Positions 1 through 9,883 of a DNA stretch of 64,000 bases are shown piece after piece. The notes beneath the pieces were generated by a model. That model searched no databases. It saw only the letters and a program-made list of their open reading frames with translations, and was not told the origin of the DNA. Each line of letters begins with the position of its first letter. Positions within the stretch are counted from its first letter, which is position 1. This stretch comes from Patescibacteria group bacterium. GTDB lineage: Bacteria; Patescibacteriota; Minisyncoccia; UBA6257; GWB1-50-10. Where the stretch lies: NCBI GenBank assembly GCA_038065455.1, contig JBBTQX010000004.1:5157-69156 (forward strand), read 5' to 3'. Position numbers and translations under genes: made by a program.

Positions 1-636
1 ATCTCGAACGAAAGTGATAACACCGCCGAAAGTGAAATAAAAACCCAACTCCAGAAGCTTCTCGGCTTCGTTTTCCGTGCCGGTAAAAAAATGAATAATA
101 CCCGGATTAGAACCTAGAAGCCGGAATCTAAAATCTAGAATACTTATTAAATCCGGAAAAGCGTTGCGACAATGAATCATTAGGGGCTTATTAACTTCAT
201 GAGCCAATTTTATTTGTTCTTCAAACGCCCATTTCTGTTTTTCCTTAATTCCTAATTCATTATCTGCGATTCTAAAGTAGTCCAACCCGCATTCGCCAAT
301 CGCAACTACTTTCGAGTCCAGTGCCAATTTCTTGTAGTACCCGTAATCAAATACCTCGCCTCGGCTCGTGAATTCCTTGGCCGCTTCGCCTCCGCCAAGT
401 TCGTTCACGTCGTGAAAAGATTTGTCCGTATGCACGGGATGCAGACCGATAGCGGCGAAGACCGGCTCACTCGCGAATTCCAGGGCGATTTCCACAGCCC
501 GCAAAGAAGTGTCTTTCTGTGTGCCGACATTCACCATTCCCACGCCGGCGGAAAGCGCGCGGTTCACGACTTCCTTATAATCCTCTTTGAATGCAGAGAG
601 ATTGGCATGCGTATGGGCGTCGAAAAACTTGAGCAT
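1..636 (-). CDS. TatD-family metal-dependent hydrolase/DNase. Partial: the C-terminus runs past the window start.
   Basis: The reverse translation starts MLKFFDAHTHANL..GLHPVH..GECGLDY, which matches TatD/YchF TIM-barrel hydrolase motifs. The ATG is at 634-636. Confidence 0.65.
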   Translation of the reverse strand, partial: MLKFFDAHTHANLSAFKEDYKEVVNRALSAGVGMVNVGTQKDTSLRAVEIALEFASEPVFAAIGLHPVHTDKSFHDVNELGGGEAAKEFTSRGEVFDYGYYKKLALDSKVVAIGECGLDYFRIADNELGIKEKQKWAFEEQIKLAHEVNKPLMIHCRNAFPDLISILDFRFRLLGSNPGIIHFFTGTENEAEKLLELGFYFTFGGVITFVRD

Positions 637-658
637 AATTTTTTATTATATGTGGATC

Positions 659-2116
659 TTAAGAAAAGCGCGGAAACAAAATCGCGCTTTTTTTATTCGC
701 AAGCACGGCTTTTTTTATCTTCGCGCCCGTATCGGGCATAAAAGGCTCAAGCAAACGGGCGATGAAATACAGTTCCTCCGCGAGTTCGGCAATAATCTTT
801 TTGCCGGCCTCCGGATCGGTTTTCACCAGCCGGAATGGTTCCTTCTCATTTATCTTCTGGTCCATGGCCCGCGCACGCGCTAAAATATAGCCCGTCGCCC
901 GGTTGAATTCGAATTTTCCCATCGCTTCTCTGTATTCAGGGGGCAATTCCGCGGCCTCCGGCCGAACGGCCTTCTCGAGATTATCCTCGGCCAGCTTCAT
1001 CACGCGGGCGGCCAAGTTTCCGATGCCGTTCGCCAAATTGGCATTGTAGGCTTCTTTGAATCTATCCCAAAAAAAATCACTGTCTTCAAACGGGCTCATG
1101 TTATGTGCCAGAAAAAATCGGAGCGCATCCGTTCCGTATTTTTCCACGATTTCAAACGGATTCACCACATTCCCCAAACTCTTGCTCATCTTCTGCCCGT
1201 CGCTTGTGATAAAACCATGGATGATTATCTGCCGGGAAGGTGGCAAGCCGGCGGATAGGAGCATCGCCTGCCACATTGCGGACTGCTGGCGCAGATTGTC
1301 CTTGCCGGCAATCTGGAGCGCGTTCGGTTTTTCTTTCGTACCCCAAAAATCACCGAATTTTTTATCGTCTTCGGGCCAGCCCAAGGTCGAAATATAATTC
1401 GTCAAGGCATCGAACCAAACATACATTATTTGCATATCGTCTCCGGGCACCGGCACGCCCCACGGCATCTTGCTTTTTAGGCGCGAAACGCTGAAATCTT
1501 GAAGCCCGCTCGCAACGAAGTTTCTTATTTCAGTCAGTCGATGGGCCGGTACCACAAAATCCGGATATTTTTCGTAAAGTTCCAAAAGCGGTTTTTGATA
1601 TTTCGAAAAACGGAAGAAGTAATTTTCCTCGTCGATAAGTTCCAATTCAAGATTGGGATGAATCGGACACTTGCCGTCCGCAAGCTCGGAATCGGTTTTT
1701 TCGAGTTCGCAGCCGACGCAATATTTCACCCGGTAATTCTTTTTGTAAATATCGCCGCTGTTCTCGCATCGCCGCCAGAATTCTTGCGCCGCCGCCATAT
1801 GATGCGGATCGGTCGTACGGATAAAATTTGTGAAGTCCAAATTCAAAGATTTTTTCAATTTGCCGAATTTGGCGGCATTCTCGTCCGCATATTTTTGAGT
1901 TTCTTTGCCCTCTTCCAAGGCTTTCCGATAAATTTTTAACCCGTGCTCATCGGTACCCGTATTAAAAACAACTTCTTCGCCGAGAAACTTATGATGACGG
2001 GCAATAATATCCGCCTGGACGACTTCGAGCGCAAAGCCGATATGCGGATCCGCATTCACATAAGGCAGGGTGGTAGTAATATAGAATTTGCCAATTTTAT
2101 TCATGAGCCCGCCCAT
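659..2116 (-). CDS. metG: methionyl-tRNA synthetase (short form)
   Basis: The N-terminus reads YITTTLPYVNADPHIGF (the class I HIGH region) and a KMSKSLGN motif is present. It is 485 aa. Confidence 0.9.
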   Translation of the reverse strand: MGGLMNKIGKFYITTTLPYVNADPHIGFALEVVQADIIARHHKFLGEEVVFNTGTDEHGLKIYRKALEEGKETQKYADENAAKFGKLKKSLNLDFTNFIRTTDPHHMAAAQEFWRRCENSGDIYKKNYRVKYCVGCELEKTDSELADGKCPIHPNLELELIDEENYFFRFSKYQKPLLELYEKYPDFVVPAHRLTEIRNFVASGLQDFSVSRLKSKMPWGVPVPGDDMQIMYVWFDALTNYISTLGWPEDDKKFGDFWGTKEKPNALQIAGKDNLRQQSAMWQAMLLSAGLPPSRQIIIHGFITSDGQKMSKSLGNVVNPFEIVEKYGTDALRFFLAHNMSPFEDSDFFWDRFKEAYNANLANGIGNLAARVMKLAEDNLEKAVRPEAAELPPEYREAMGKFEFNRATGYILARARAMDQKINEKEPFRLVKTDPEAGKKIIAELAEELYFIARLLEPFMPDTGAKIKKAVLANKKSAILFPRFS

Positions 2117-2219
2117 AGTTTCAACTCACGACTGAGGAATTGAACAGAGCATATTATTATCTTTCCTTTTTCATTACTATCCATATATTTATTGAAACTA
2201 TAGGCGGGGTATCAAGCCC

Positions 2220-3233
2220 TTACATATCGAGCACCGGGCGGCGCTCTTTCCTTTCGGTCAGATAATTGAAGATTTCTTGGACTAAGACAGCAAGCGGAAC
2301 ACTTAAGATTATCCCCACAAAACCGGCGATTTGGGCCCCAGCCAAAAGGGAAACAACCACGATTACCGGGTGTACTCTCATACTCTTACCCATTATGATC
2401 GGAATGAGTATATGATTCTCAAATTGCTGGACAACAAAAAAGAATGCTAAAGCATACATACCCAACGCCGTGGAATCGGCGATAGCGATAACGAAGGCAA
2501 TAAGCCCAATCATTATAGGACCGATGATCGGCACCACCTCGAATATGGCGGCGAGAATACCCAAAATCAGAGCGTAGCGAACGCCAATAAACCACATTCC
2601 CAATCCCACCGCGAAACCGACGAATAGACTCAATACCAGCTGAGTGCCGAGCCAGCGGCGCATTTTTATCTTGAATCCGTCGAAAATGGATAGAATCGGC
2701 CGTTCGTAATCATCCGGGATGATAACCCGTATCATTTTTTCCGCTCCGTCTTTTTCAATACTCAAATAAAGTGTGACAAAAATCGAGGAGAAGAAAAGAA
2801 TGGCGTTTCCGAAGAGTTTAGTAATCGCGCCGGGAACGGAATTGCCCGCGCCCGAAATCAAATTCAATATCTGATCCGCTCCGATATTCAAACTTTCCAA
2901 ACTCAAGCTGAAATTGCCGAAACGAAAAACCGAAGTAACGAATTGAGTAAAATGGAAAAGGAAGCCGGCCAGTTCCTCGAAGATAACCGGCGCTATGATG
3001 TATATTCCGCCGGCAAAAACGGAAATAATGGCGAGAATCACGATGATGGAGGCGAAGACCCGACCGATTCTGGCTTTCTCGGCGAGAAAAGTGACGAATG
3101 GGTCTATTCCCATCGAAATCACAACACCCACAAGAAGAACGGTGAAAGCATCCCAGGCGAAATAAACGAGCGCGATGCCCGCCAGAAAGATAAAAATCCT
3201 CCATAAAGTCCCCCAAGCCACTTCCGTTTTCAT
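2220..3233 (-). CDS. AI-2E family transporter (PerM/YhhT-like)
   Basis: This is a polytopic membrane protein with an AI-2E-like core (RRWLGTQLVLSLF..VPIIGPIMIGLIAFVIA). The start is probably the ATG at 3231-3233 (MKTEVAWG), which overlaps the inverted repeat of the element at 3231-3361. Confidence 0.55.
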   Translation of the reverse strand: MKTEVAWGTLWRIFIFLAGIALVYFAWDAFTVLLVGVVISMGIDPFVTFLAEKARIGRVFASIIVILAIISVFAGGIYIIAPVIFEELAGFLFHFTQFVTSVFRFGNFSLSLESLNIGADQILNLISGAGNSVPGAITKLFGNAILFFSSIFVTLYLSIEKDGAEKMIRVIIPDDYERPILSIFDGFKIKMRRWLGTQLVLSLFVGFAVGLGMWFIGVRYALILGILAAIFEVVPIIGPIMIGLIAFVIAIADSTALGMYALAFFFVVQQFENHILIPIIMGKSMRVHPVIVVVSLLAGAQIAGFVGIILSVPLAVLVQEIFNYLTERKERRPVLDM

Positions 3234-3361
3234 CCCGTTAGAAACAGGATACGCCGCTTTGGCGCATCCGTTGGGAATCAAGCGACCTCCGAGATTTGAT
3301 TTTTCTCATAATTACCTTCATTTTTATATCTTTAGAATACACCGGTTTCTAACGGGATTCA
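3231..3361. mobile_element. small element bounded by inverted repeats (copy a)
   Basis: The ends are CATCCCGTTAGAAAC ... GTTTCTAACGGGAT, a 14-bp inverted repeat. Inside, next to the left arm, is the hairpin GGATACGCC..GGCGCATCC, and the rest is AT-rich. The flanking pentamers TTCAT/TTCAT form a possible direct repeat. Confidence 0.6.
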
Positions 3362-4627
3362 TACTTTCACTATATCAAGAAAACTCCTCTTCTTAAAGGG
3401 CCCGATGAGCGCCAGATTCAAGCCGTCGTTTCTTACCACTTCCCGCATAACTTTTCTTACGTCATTCGCGGTTATTCCGTTTACCTTCCGAGCCAGCTCC
3501 TGAGGCGAGGTGAGCTTCAGTCCCAGCATTTCCTGGCCGCCGTAGAAATAAGCCAATTCATCCGAGGTTTCGAGCGAGAGATAAAGATTGCCTATCAGAT
3601 GTTCTTTGGCTTTTTTGAGATCTTTTTCGCTCACCAATTCGTTCCGCAAACGGTTGAATTCTTCCAAACCGGCCCTAATAACCGTTTCGATTTTTGTATG
3701 CTCGATTCCCGCCGCCATCGTCAAAAGGCCGTGATCGGAATAAAGGTCGGCATCGGCCCGCACATAATAGGCGGCGCCGAGCTCTTCCCGAATTCTTTGA
3801 AAAAAGCGCGAGCTCATTCCCCCGCCCAGGATTTCGGCCGCGACCTGGAGGGCGATTCGCCGCTCGTCGTGGACGCCGAAAGCGCGGAACCCGAGAACCA
3901 AGTGGGTCTGGTCCGATTTTTTGAATTGAATGAGTTCCCGCGGCCTGGCCTGAATCTCTTTAACTTTGAGTTTTTTGCTTTTGGGTCCGGGCTTCAAAAC
4001 CGAAAAATATTTTTCGATTCTTTTCGCGATGTCTTTCTCGCCGAAAGCGCCCGCGACCGTCACAATCGTGGCTTGAGGCACGTAGTGTTTCGCCCGATAT
4101 TTCATGAAGTCGTTCCGGGTGATGCTCCGAATAACTTCTTTACGGCCGAGAATATCCCAACCCGCCGGCTGATTGCCGTAGACGAGATTCATAAAAAGGC
4201 TCTGAACCTTCCGAGAAGGCGTATCCTCGTACATATTGAACTCCTGGATAATGACGCCTTTTTCTTTTTCGATTTCCCGGGAATCAAATGTCGGATTCAG
4301 ATACATATCGGCCACCACGTCCAATATCTCGTTCACATTCTCTTTTTTCGCTTTTGCATAATAGCTCGTGGATTCCTGACTCGTGAAAGCATTGGATTGC
4401 GCCCCAAGCCCGTCCATCTCCGCCGCAATATCAATCGGCTTCGGCCGCTTTGCCGTACCTTTGAAGCACATATGCTCCAGAAAATGCGAGATGCCGCTTA
4501 TGTCTTTCGTTTCGTATTTCGAGCCGGCCTCCACCGACACCATTACGGTCGCCGCCAGACTGCCCGATTGGGGCGCGAGAATAATCCGCAGACCGTTTTT
4601 TAATTTAATTCTTCTGATATTTTTCAT
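3359..4627 (-). CDS. M16-family zinc peptidase (insulinase-like)
   Basis: HFLEHMCFKGT carries the inverted zinc-binding HxxEH motif. It is 422 aa. Confidence 0.85.
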   Translation of the reverse strand: MKNIRRIKLKNGLRIILAPQSGSLAATVMVSVEAGSKYETKDISGISHFLEHMCFKGTAKRPKPIDIAAEMDGLGAQSNAFTSQESTSYYAKAKKENVNEILDVVADMYLNPTFDSREIEKEKGVIIQEFNMYEDTPSRKVQSLFMNLVYGNQPAGWDILGRKEVIRSITRNDFMKYRAKHYVPQATIVTVAGAFGEKDIAKRIEKYFSVLKPGPKSKKLKVKEIQARPRELIQFKKSDQTHLVLGFRAFGVHDERRIALQVAAEILGGGMSSRFFQRIREELGAAYYVRADADLYSDHGLLTMAAGIEHTKIETVIRAGLEEFNRLRNELVSEKDLKKAKEHLIGNLYLSLETSDELAYFYGGQEMLGLKLTSPQELARKVNGITANDVRKVMREVVRNDGLNLALIGPFKKRSFLDIVKV

Positions 4628-6026
4628 ATATGTAATTTTTTAGTTCTTTGATTTTTACGCGTTCCTGTTTCATCGTATCGCGGTCCCGCACCGTCACGTC
4701 TTCAGTTTCCAGGCTTTCGAAATCCACCGTGATGCAGTAAGGCGTGCCGGCTTCGTCCTGCGCCCGATAGCGCTTGCCCACATTTCCCCTGTCGTCCCAC
4801 GCCACCGTGTACTCTTTCCTCAATTCTTCGTAGATTGTCCGTGCCAGTTTTACCAGCTCCAGCTTATTAGCCAGAAGCGGAAAAACCGCGGCTTTGTAGG
4901 GCGCTAATTTGGGATGTAATTTCAATACAATCCGTTTTTCCATTTCGTTGTTTTCTTTATTTGAATTTTGGGGCTTGTTTAGGATTTCGGATTTCGGATT
5001 TAGGATTTCTTCCGTATACGCATCCATTAGAAAGAAAAGGGTTGCGCGGTCTACGCCGCCCGAGGTCTCGATGATATAAGGCAGAAAGCGTTCCTTGGAT
5101 TCCTCGTCGAAATAGGTCAGATCCTGCTTGGAAAATTCCTGATGGCGCCGCACATCCCAATCGCCCCGATGGTGGATTCCCTCCATCTCCTTCCAGTCGC
5201 CTTCCGCGTTATACTCGATATCGAATGCCGCCTGGGCGTAGTGCGCCAACTGCTCGTGTTCCTTGAAACGGAGATTTTTCTTCGTCATTCCGAGGGACAG
5301 ATACCACTTCATCCGTTCTTCTTTCCAATATTCCATCCACTTCATCGATTCTTTTTTGTCCGGTTTCGTATAGAACTGCAATTCCATCTGCTCGAATTCA
5401 CGGGAGCGGAAAGTGAGTCCGCCGGGCGTTATCTCGTTCCGGAAGGCCTTGCCGACCTGGACGACGCCGAACGGGATTTTAACGCGGGTGGAATCCAGAA
5501 CATTTTTGAAATTCACGTGCACGCCCTGGGTGATTTCGCCGCGGAGATATGTCTTGAGCTTCTCTCCCTCTATTGAGCCGAGATAGGTCTCGACCATCAG
5601 ATTGAATTGCTTCGGTTCGGTTATTTCTCCGCCGCAATCGGGACATCCGCCAGCCGGCGGATTTTTCTCCAATTGGTCGGCGCGAAAACGATGGTGGCAT
5701 TTTTTGCACTCGACGAGCGGGTCGGAAAAAGAATCCAGATGGCCCGATGCCTCCCAAACCTTCGGATTCATTATTATGGCGGCATCCAGGCCCACGATAT
5801 TCTCGTGCTCCTGCGTCATGTTCTTCCAAAACTCGTTCTTGATATTCCGCTTCAATTCCGCCCCGAGCGGGCCGTAATCCCAAGTACCCGCGAGGCCGCC
5901 GTAGATTTCGGAGCCCGGATAAATAAAGCCGCGCCGCTTGGCCAGAGAAGTAATCTTCTCGAAAATATCCTTCTTTTCTTCCTTCTTCATATATGAACCT
6001 ATTGTAAACCGTAAACAACTCTTCAC
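4605..6026 (-). CDS. glyQS: glycyl-tRNA synthetase, class II (GlyQS type)
   Basis: YGGLAGTWDYGPLG and class II aaRS motifs are present. The protein contains an in-frame heptamer-repeat insertion that encodes EILNPKSEILNKP. Confidence 0.9.
   Translation of the reverse strand: MKSCLRFTIGSYMKKEEKKDIFEKITSLAKRRGFIYPGSEIYGGLAGTWDYGPLGAELKRNIKNEFWKNMTQEHENIVGLDAAIIMNPKVWEASGHLDSFSDPLVECKKCHHRFRADQLEKNPPAGGCPDCGGEITEPKQFNLMVETYLGSIEGEKLKTYLRGEITQGVHVNFKNVLDSTRVKIPFGVVQVGKAFRNEITPGGLTFRSREFEQMELQFYTKPDKKESMKWMEYWKEERMKWYLSLGMTKKNLRFKEHEQLAHYAQAAFDIEYNAEGDWKEMEGIHHRGDWDVRRHQEFSKQDLTYFDEESKERFLPYIIETSGGVDRATLFFLMDAYTEEILNPKSEILNKPQNSNKENNEMEKRIVLKLHPKLAPYKAAVFPLLANKLELVKLARTIYEELRKEYTVAWDDRGNVGKRYRAQDEAGTPYCITVDFESLETEDVTVRDRDTMKQERVKIKELKNYIYEKYQKN
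4974..5009. repeat. tandem heptanucleotide repeat (GGATTTC/GGATTTA, 4 units) inside the glyQS coding sequence
   Basis: The + strand reads aggatttcggatttcggatttaggattt. On the coding strand this is GAAATCC units. Confidence 0.85.
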
Positions 6027-6041
6027 TCAAGTTATCAAAAA

Positions 6042-7850
6042 CTATTTAACCACATCGGATTCCCCTGAGATTGCTCCTACTACTGCGCTCGTGACGGAGC
6101 CCGCAACGCTTTGCAAATCGAGTCCGGTAAAATTGTCCAAGGCCTTGAGGCGGGCCGCTCTCAGGAGAAGCTGAGAAGCACCCAACATATCGTCATTCGG
6201 CGTTCCTTCGATTTGAAAGACCGCCTCGGCCGGCTCGCTCAAAACCCCCTTGGTCGCCGCCACTCGGTCGATTCTCCAAACCACCTCGTTCTCCTTCTCG
6301 TCGAAGACGGGCGATTCGCCCAAATTGGCCTTGACCGCGCCACTCCATTTCACCCCGGCGGCGAGCGCCGCCCTTACCTCGACATTATTCAAATCATTGG
6401 AAAAATTCTTTATCACCCAATGGACGGAGTATTGGGTGGATTCGCCCACTTTGGGCGGCAGATTGCCCGCATCCGTTATTCCGCTTTCTTTGTTATTATG
6501 GAAAGTTTGGGCGGTTAGGAGCACCAAGCCGGAAATCTTCGTATCCGACGCCACGCTCACCGACGTCTGGCCGGCCGAAAGATAGTAAGGCACCGAAGGC
6601 GAAGTCACAATCGCGTTCATCCGAACGGAAAAATTGCGGTCGTTCAGCCTCGTAAGATTGAACGAGCTTCTTATCTTCGCCTGGAAATTCACCTCGCCGT
6701 TCGCGCCCGGATCAAGCATCTTCAAAGCCGGCAAATTCGAGAAATTCCAATAAAAAGATTTGGCCGCCGCCGGATCGAGCATTTCTCCGGTCAAAGACGC
6801 GTTCAATTTCACGTCGGCTAAAACAATGCCGCTGTCATTCCGATAACGGATGGAATAATTGAGGGTTTCGCCGACTTTCGCGGTGTAATCTTCCCGACCG
6901 TTCACCGAAACTTCCAGAAAAATCGGCGAAGCGGAAGGCGAGAGATTTACCGTTCCTTCCGCGATTGGATATTCGTTCCCACCCAGTTCGGCCGAAATTT
7001 TAACGGGAATGACGGCAGTCGCCCCATAGGTCAAATCAAGCCGACCAGAAATAACAAGTTTACCCTTCGCCCCGGGAGCCAAAACGCCCAACTTCCAATA
7101 ATTATTGAGCGAAGCCGGCGGAACGCTCGCCGAATCGAATTTGAACGAGTTGGGATACTCCGCCTGCAAGATTAATTCCGAAAAGCTGAAATCGCTCTCA
7201 TTTTTGTAATTCACTTCCAGCTGAAAGCCCGAACCGCTCAATATTTGGCCGGGATTTTTTATTTCCATCGATACGGCCGAGCCTTTTATTTTCACTTCTC
7301 CGGCCGATCGAACTTCGAAACGGGTGCCTGTCCCGATCGAGTAGGATACCGAGGCCGATATTTTCCCGACCGAATTGTCTTCGCCTGTTGCCAAGAGGGA
7401 AAAAGTTTTTTTAACCAGGTTTCCCGAAGCGATGTCACCCGCGCTTTCCGTCGCCAAATTACGGCCTGCGGGAAAACCAGGCACGGCGATGCCCTCGGGA
7501 AGATTGAGGGTAATCACGGCTTTATTAATAACCCCGCCTGAATTATTCGCCATACTAACTTCAACGGAAAAAGGGGTACCCCGTGAAACGCTCTTGGGAA
7601 CGGATACCTCTAGTGTCACATCCCGGGAAACGGAAGTATAGGAAAAGATGAAAAATAAGCCGGCGCCGACTATGAGGAGTGCAATAATACTGCCGATAAG
7701 AAGTATTTTTTTGAGCCACCTGTGATGATCTTCGATATCATCCTCAAATTCGCGGATTTTTTCGGCGAAAGGCTCGATCCCGGCTTTTTTTGCGGTGGGA
7801 AACTTTTTTTGGAAAGTTTTGAGCCTTTTCTCGAGGTTATTCAGGGCCAT
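6042..7850 (-). CDS. membrane-anchored surface protein with repeated beta-sandwich domains (DUF11/CARDB-like)
   Basis: The N-terminus has a TM segment (ILLIGSIIALLIVGAGLFFIF). It is followed by Thr/Ser/Asn-rich repeated modules of about 100 aa. Confidence 0.4.
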   Translation of the reverse strand: MALNNLEKRLKTFQKKFPTAKKAGIEPFAEKIREFEDDIEDHHRWLKKILLIGSIIALLIVGAGLFFIFSYTSVSRDVTLEVSVPKSVSRGTPFSVEVSMANNSGGVINKAVITLNLPEGIAVPGFPAGRNLATESAGDIASGNLVKKTFSLLATGEDNSVGKISASVSYSIGTGTRFEVRSAGEVKIKGSAVSMEIKNPGQILSGSGFQLEVNYKNESDFSFSELILQAEYPNSFKFDSASVPPASLNNYWKLGVLAPGAKGKLVISGRLDLTYGATAVIPVKISAELGGNEYPIAEGTVNLSPSASPIFLEVSVNGREDYTAKVGETLNYSIRYRNDSGIVLADVKLNASLTGEMLDPAAAKSFYWNFSNLPALKMLDPGANGEVNFQAKIRSSFNLTRLNDRNFSVRMNAIVTSPSVPYYLSAGQTSVSVASDTKISGLVLLTAQTFHNNKESGITDAGNLPPKVGESTQYSVHWVIKNFSNDLNNVEVRAALAAGVKWSGAVKANLGESPVFDEKENEVVWRIDRVAATKGVLSEPAEAVFQIEGTPNDDMLGASQLLLRAARLKALDNFTGLDLQSVAGSVTSAVVGAISGESDVVK

Positions 7851-8383
7851 TAGAGATATATTAACTCATCACTCTTCGTTTTTAAACCGCAATTCCGGCA
7901 AAAAAATGACTGGTCTTTCGCACGGAAAAAAGCGGCAGGTCTTCCCGCGCAAATATCGCACTCCGCCTCCTGCGGATCGTAGCCGAGCGCCTTGAGAAAA
8001 ACTTTGACGTCTCCATCCGCCGAAGCCAGACCCTTCACAATCAAATGCCATAGGCGCAAATCGGGCACTCCTTTGGGAGTGAGCGCCCGCACCAGGGATA
8101 TTATCCTGAAAGCCGAGGGATAGAATTTCGGATCTTGCCGATTTTTCCGAAAACTTTCATCAGTCAAAGCATCCGTGAGAATAATGCGATTTTTTTCCGC
8201 CAAACGCACTATTATTACATTGAATAAATTCAAATGCGGGGAGAGCTTCGAAAGAATCCGCCGCCCGCCCACGACATTCGATTCCAAACGGCCGAAATCT
8301 CTGGTATAAAGATCGACTACTCGGTCGCTTTCTTTATGCGGACGAAGCCCAAGAACCACCGCTTGAGTGAGATATTCCGTCAT
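7850..8383 (-). CDS. recO: DNA repair protein RecO (short)
   Basis: MTEYLTQAVVLGLRPHKESDRVV resembles the RecO N-terminal OB fold. The C-terminus has the zinc finger CDICAGRPAAFF..FFCRNCG. The start is the internal Met at 8381-8383, which abuts the stop of the upstream gene. Confidence 0.75.
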   Translation of the reverse strand: MTEYLTQAVVLGLRPHKESDRVVDLYTRDFGRLESNVVGGRRILSKLSPHLNLFNVIIVRLAEKNRIILTDALTDESFRKNRQDPKFYPSAFRIISLVRALTPKGVPDLRLWHLIVKGLASADGDVKVFLKALGYDPQEAECDICAGRPAAFFRAKDQSFFCRNCGLKTKSDELIYL

Positions 8384-9870
8384 CGGGATGCGGGCAGATT
8401 GTCTTTCGGGGTCCGCCAATACCCCAAACGGAATCGGCCGCCGAGCATTAGCCGCGTTTGGGCGTCCAATGCCGGAAACGCCGAGAAAACTATGAAAACC
8501 AGCGGAGTGAGCAGCCACTCGAGAAAATACCAGATCAAATACCACCGCTTGAAGCCTTTGAGCCGCGGATAAAGAATGATAATGCTCAAAAAAGCCGAGG
8601 TAATAATGCCGATGGAGCTCAAATTCAATATCCAGCCGGTCAGGCGGGGAAGATTGTACGAGATGACTGAGGTCCGAAACGCCTCGTCTCCCAATAAATT
8701 CGGGAACCAGCCGAAAAGAAAGATGATAAAAGAGCTTGTGGACCAGGAATATACGCCGTCAAAAAGCGTCCATTTCCAAAAACGCCCGACTTTGGCCGGA
8801 AAAGATTTATCTTTCGAAAAATCATTCGCCGCCCGGGCCAAATTCTCGGCACCCCAGGCCCAGCGCCTCTGTTGTTTATAAAGATTCTTGAGCGCCGCGA
8901 AAAAAGTTTCGCCGGCCACCGCGTCCATGTAAACGGGATAAAGAAGCGGTTCGGCCCGCCAATCGCCCTTATAATGCGCGAGGCATTGGAAAAATATTCT
9001 CGAATCTTCGGAAACGATATCGGTCTCCCAAAACCCGACTTCGACCAAGGCCTTGAGCGGCATACTATGGGAAGAGAATGATACCAATTGCTCCGGCCGC
9101 GACTCCTGCATTAATTGCCAGAAAGAGCCGGAAAATCCGACCAAGCGGGCGAAAAACGGGGCTTCATGGACGTTATTGATAAAAAGCGGAATTGGCTGGA
9201 AACTCGAGCGATATGGATGGGACGAATTCAGGAATTTATAGGCGAGTATTCCGAAATAATCCTGATCGGTGCGCGTATCGATATCGAAAACCGAGACCAG
9301 AACGTCGTCGTAAGAAATACTTAAAGGGTTAATGAGTTTTGAAAGCGCTTCTTTGGCCGCCCAAGCCTGATTCGATCCCTTGCCGGCCAGCTCACCCGGC
9401 AAATCGGCCGGATGACGGGTTATTAGAAAACCCTTGAAAGCGGCGCCGAACTCTTCTTCGATTTTCAAAGCGGTTTCCCGGTCGGTTTCTCCTCCCCTTT
9501 CTTCGGTCGCAAGAACGACGAAAAATTTTTCTTTCGGATAATTGGCTTCTATGAGATTTGAAAATGCCTGTTTTATTATCCCATAGCTTTCCCGATAGAC
9601 CGGCAATATCACCAAGTGGCGGATTTTCTCCCAATTTTCCGGATTATCTTTTTTCAACTTCGCGAGCCAATCCATCTTCAGATTGGCATTCATCTTGGTG
9701 AACGACGAACGGAGGTGAAAAAAGAGATAGATTAGCTTTAAAAACCAATAAAGATCGTAAAGAAGGATGAAAACGACCACGGCGACGGGCGCGCGCCAAG
9801 AAAGAAATGCGAGACCGAAAAGAGTAAGCCAGGCCAGGGCGCCAGGCATTATTTCCCAAAATCGAATCAT
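8380..9870 (-). CDS. family 2 glycosyltransferase, processive type (QxxRW motif), membrane-bound
   Basis: VILPVYRE..FFVVLATEERGGETD is a GT-A DxD-like region. QQRRWAWGAENL is the QxxRW motif. Several TM segments are present. Confidence 0.7.
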   Translation of the reverse strand: MIRFWEIMPGALAWLTLFGLAFLSWRAPVAVVVFILLYDLYWFLKLIYLFFHLRSSFTKMNANLKMDWLAKLKKDNPENWEKIRHLVILPVYRESYGIIKQAFSNLIEANYPKEKFFVVLATEERGGETDRETALKIEEEFGAAFKGFLITRHPADLPGELAGKGSNQAWAAKEALSKLINPLSISYDDVLVSVFDIDTRTDQDYFGILAYKFLNSSHPYRSSFQPIPLFINNVHEAPFFARLVGFSGSFWQLMQESRPEQLVSFSSHSMPLKALVEVGFWETDIVSEDSRIFFQCLAHYKGDWRAEPLLYPVYMDAVAGETFFAALKNLYKQQRRWAWGAENLARAANDFSKDKSFPAKVGRFWKWTLFDGVYSWSTSSFIIFLFGWFPNLLGDEAFRTSVISYNLPRLTGWILNLSSIGIITSAFLSIIILYPRLKGFKRWYLIWYFLEWLLTPLVFIVFSAFPALDAQTRLMLGGRFRLGYWRTPKDNLPASR

Positions 9871-9883
9871 AAAAAGAGGCTAT

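Noticed and set aside
1499-1939. Many long ORFs in the six-frame track lie antisense to or overlap well-supported genes. Examples are 1499-1939 (+) in metG, 3599-4603 (+) in the M16 peptidase gene, 18799-19530 (+) in nusA, 31359-32522 (+) in ftsH, 52230-53066 (-) in comM, 53517-54365 (+) in the M23 peptidase gene and 25498-26214 (-) in the RodZ-like gene.
   Set aside because: They are shadow ORFs on the opposite strand of genes that have clear conserved motifs. They lack start context, recognisable domains and coding-like composition.
7850-8545. The full 231-aa ORF as RecO
   Set aside because: The first 54 codons overlap the upstream GT2 gene and have no RecO similarity. The internal Met at 8383 starts the conserved RecO N-terminus and abuts the upstream stop codon.
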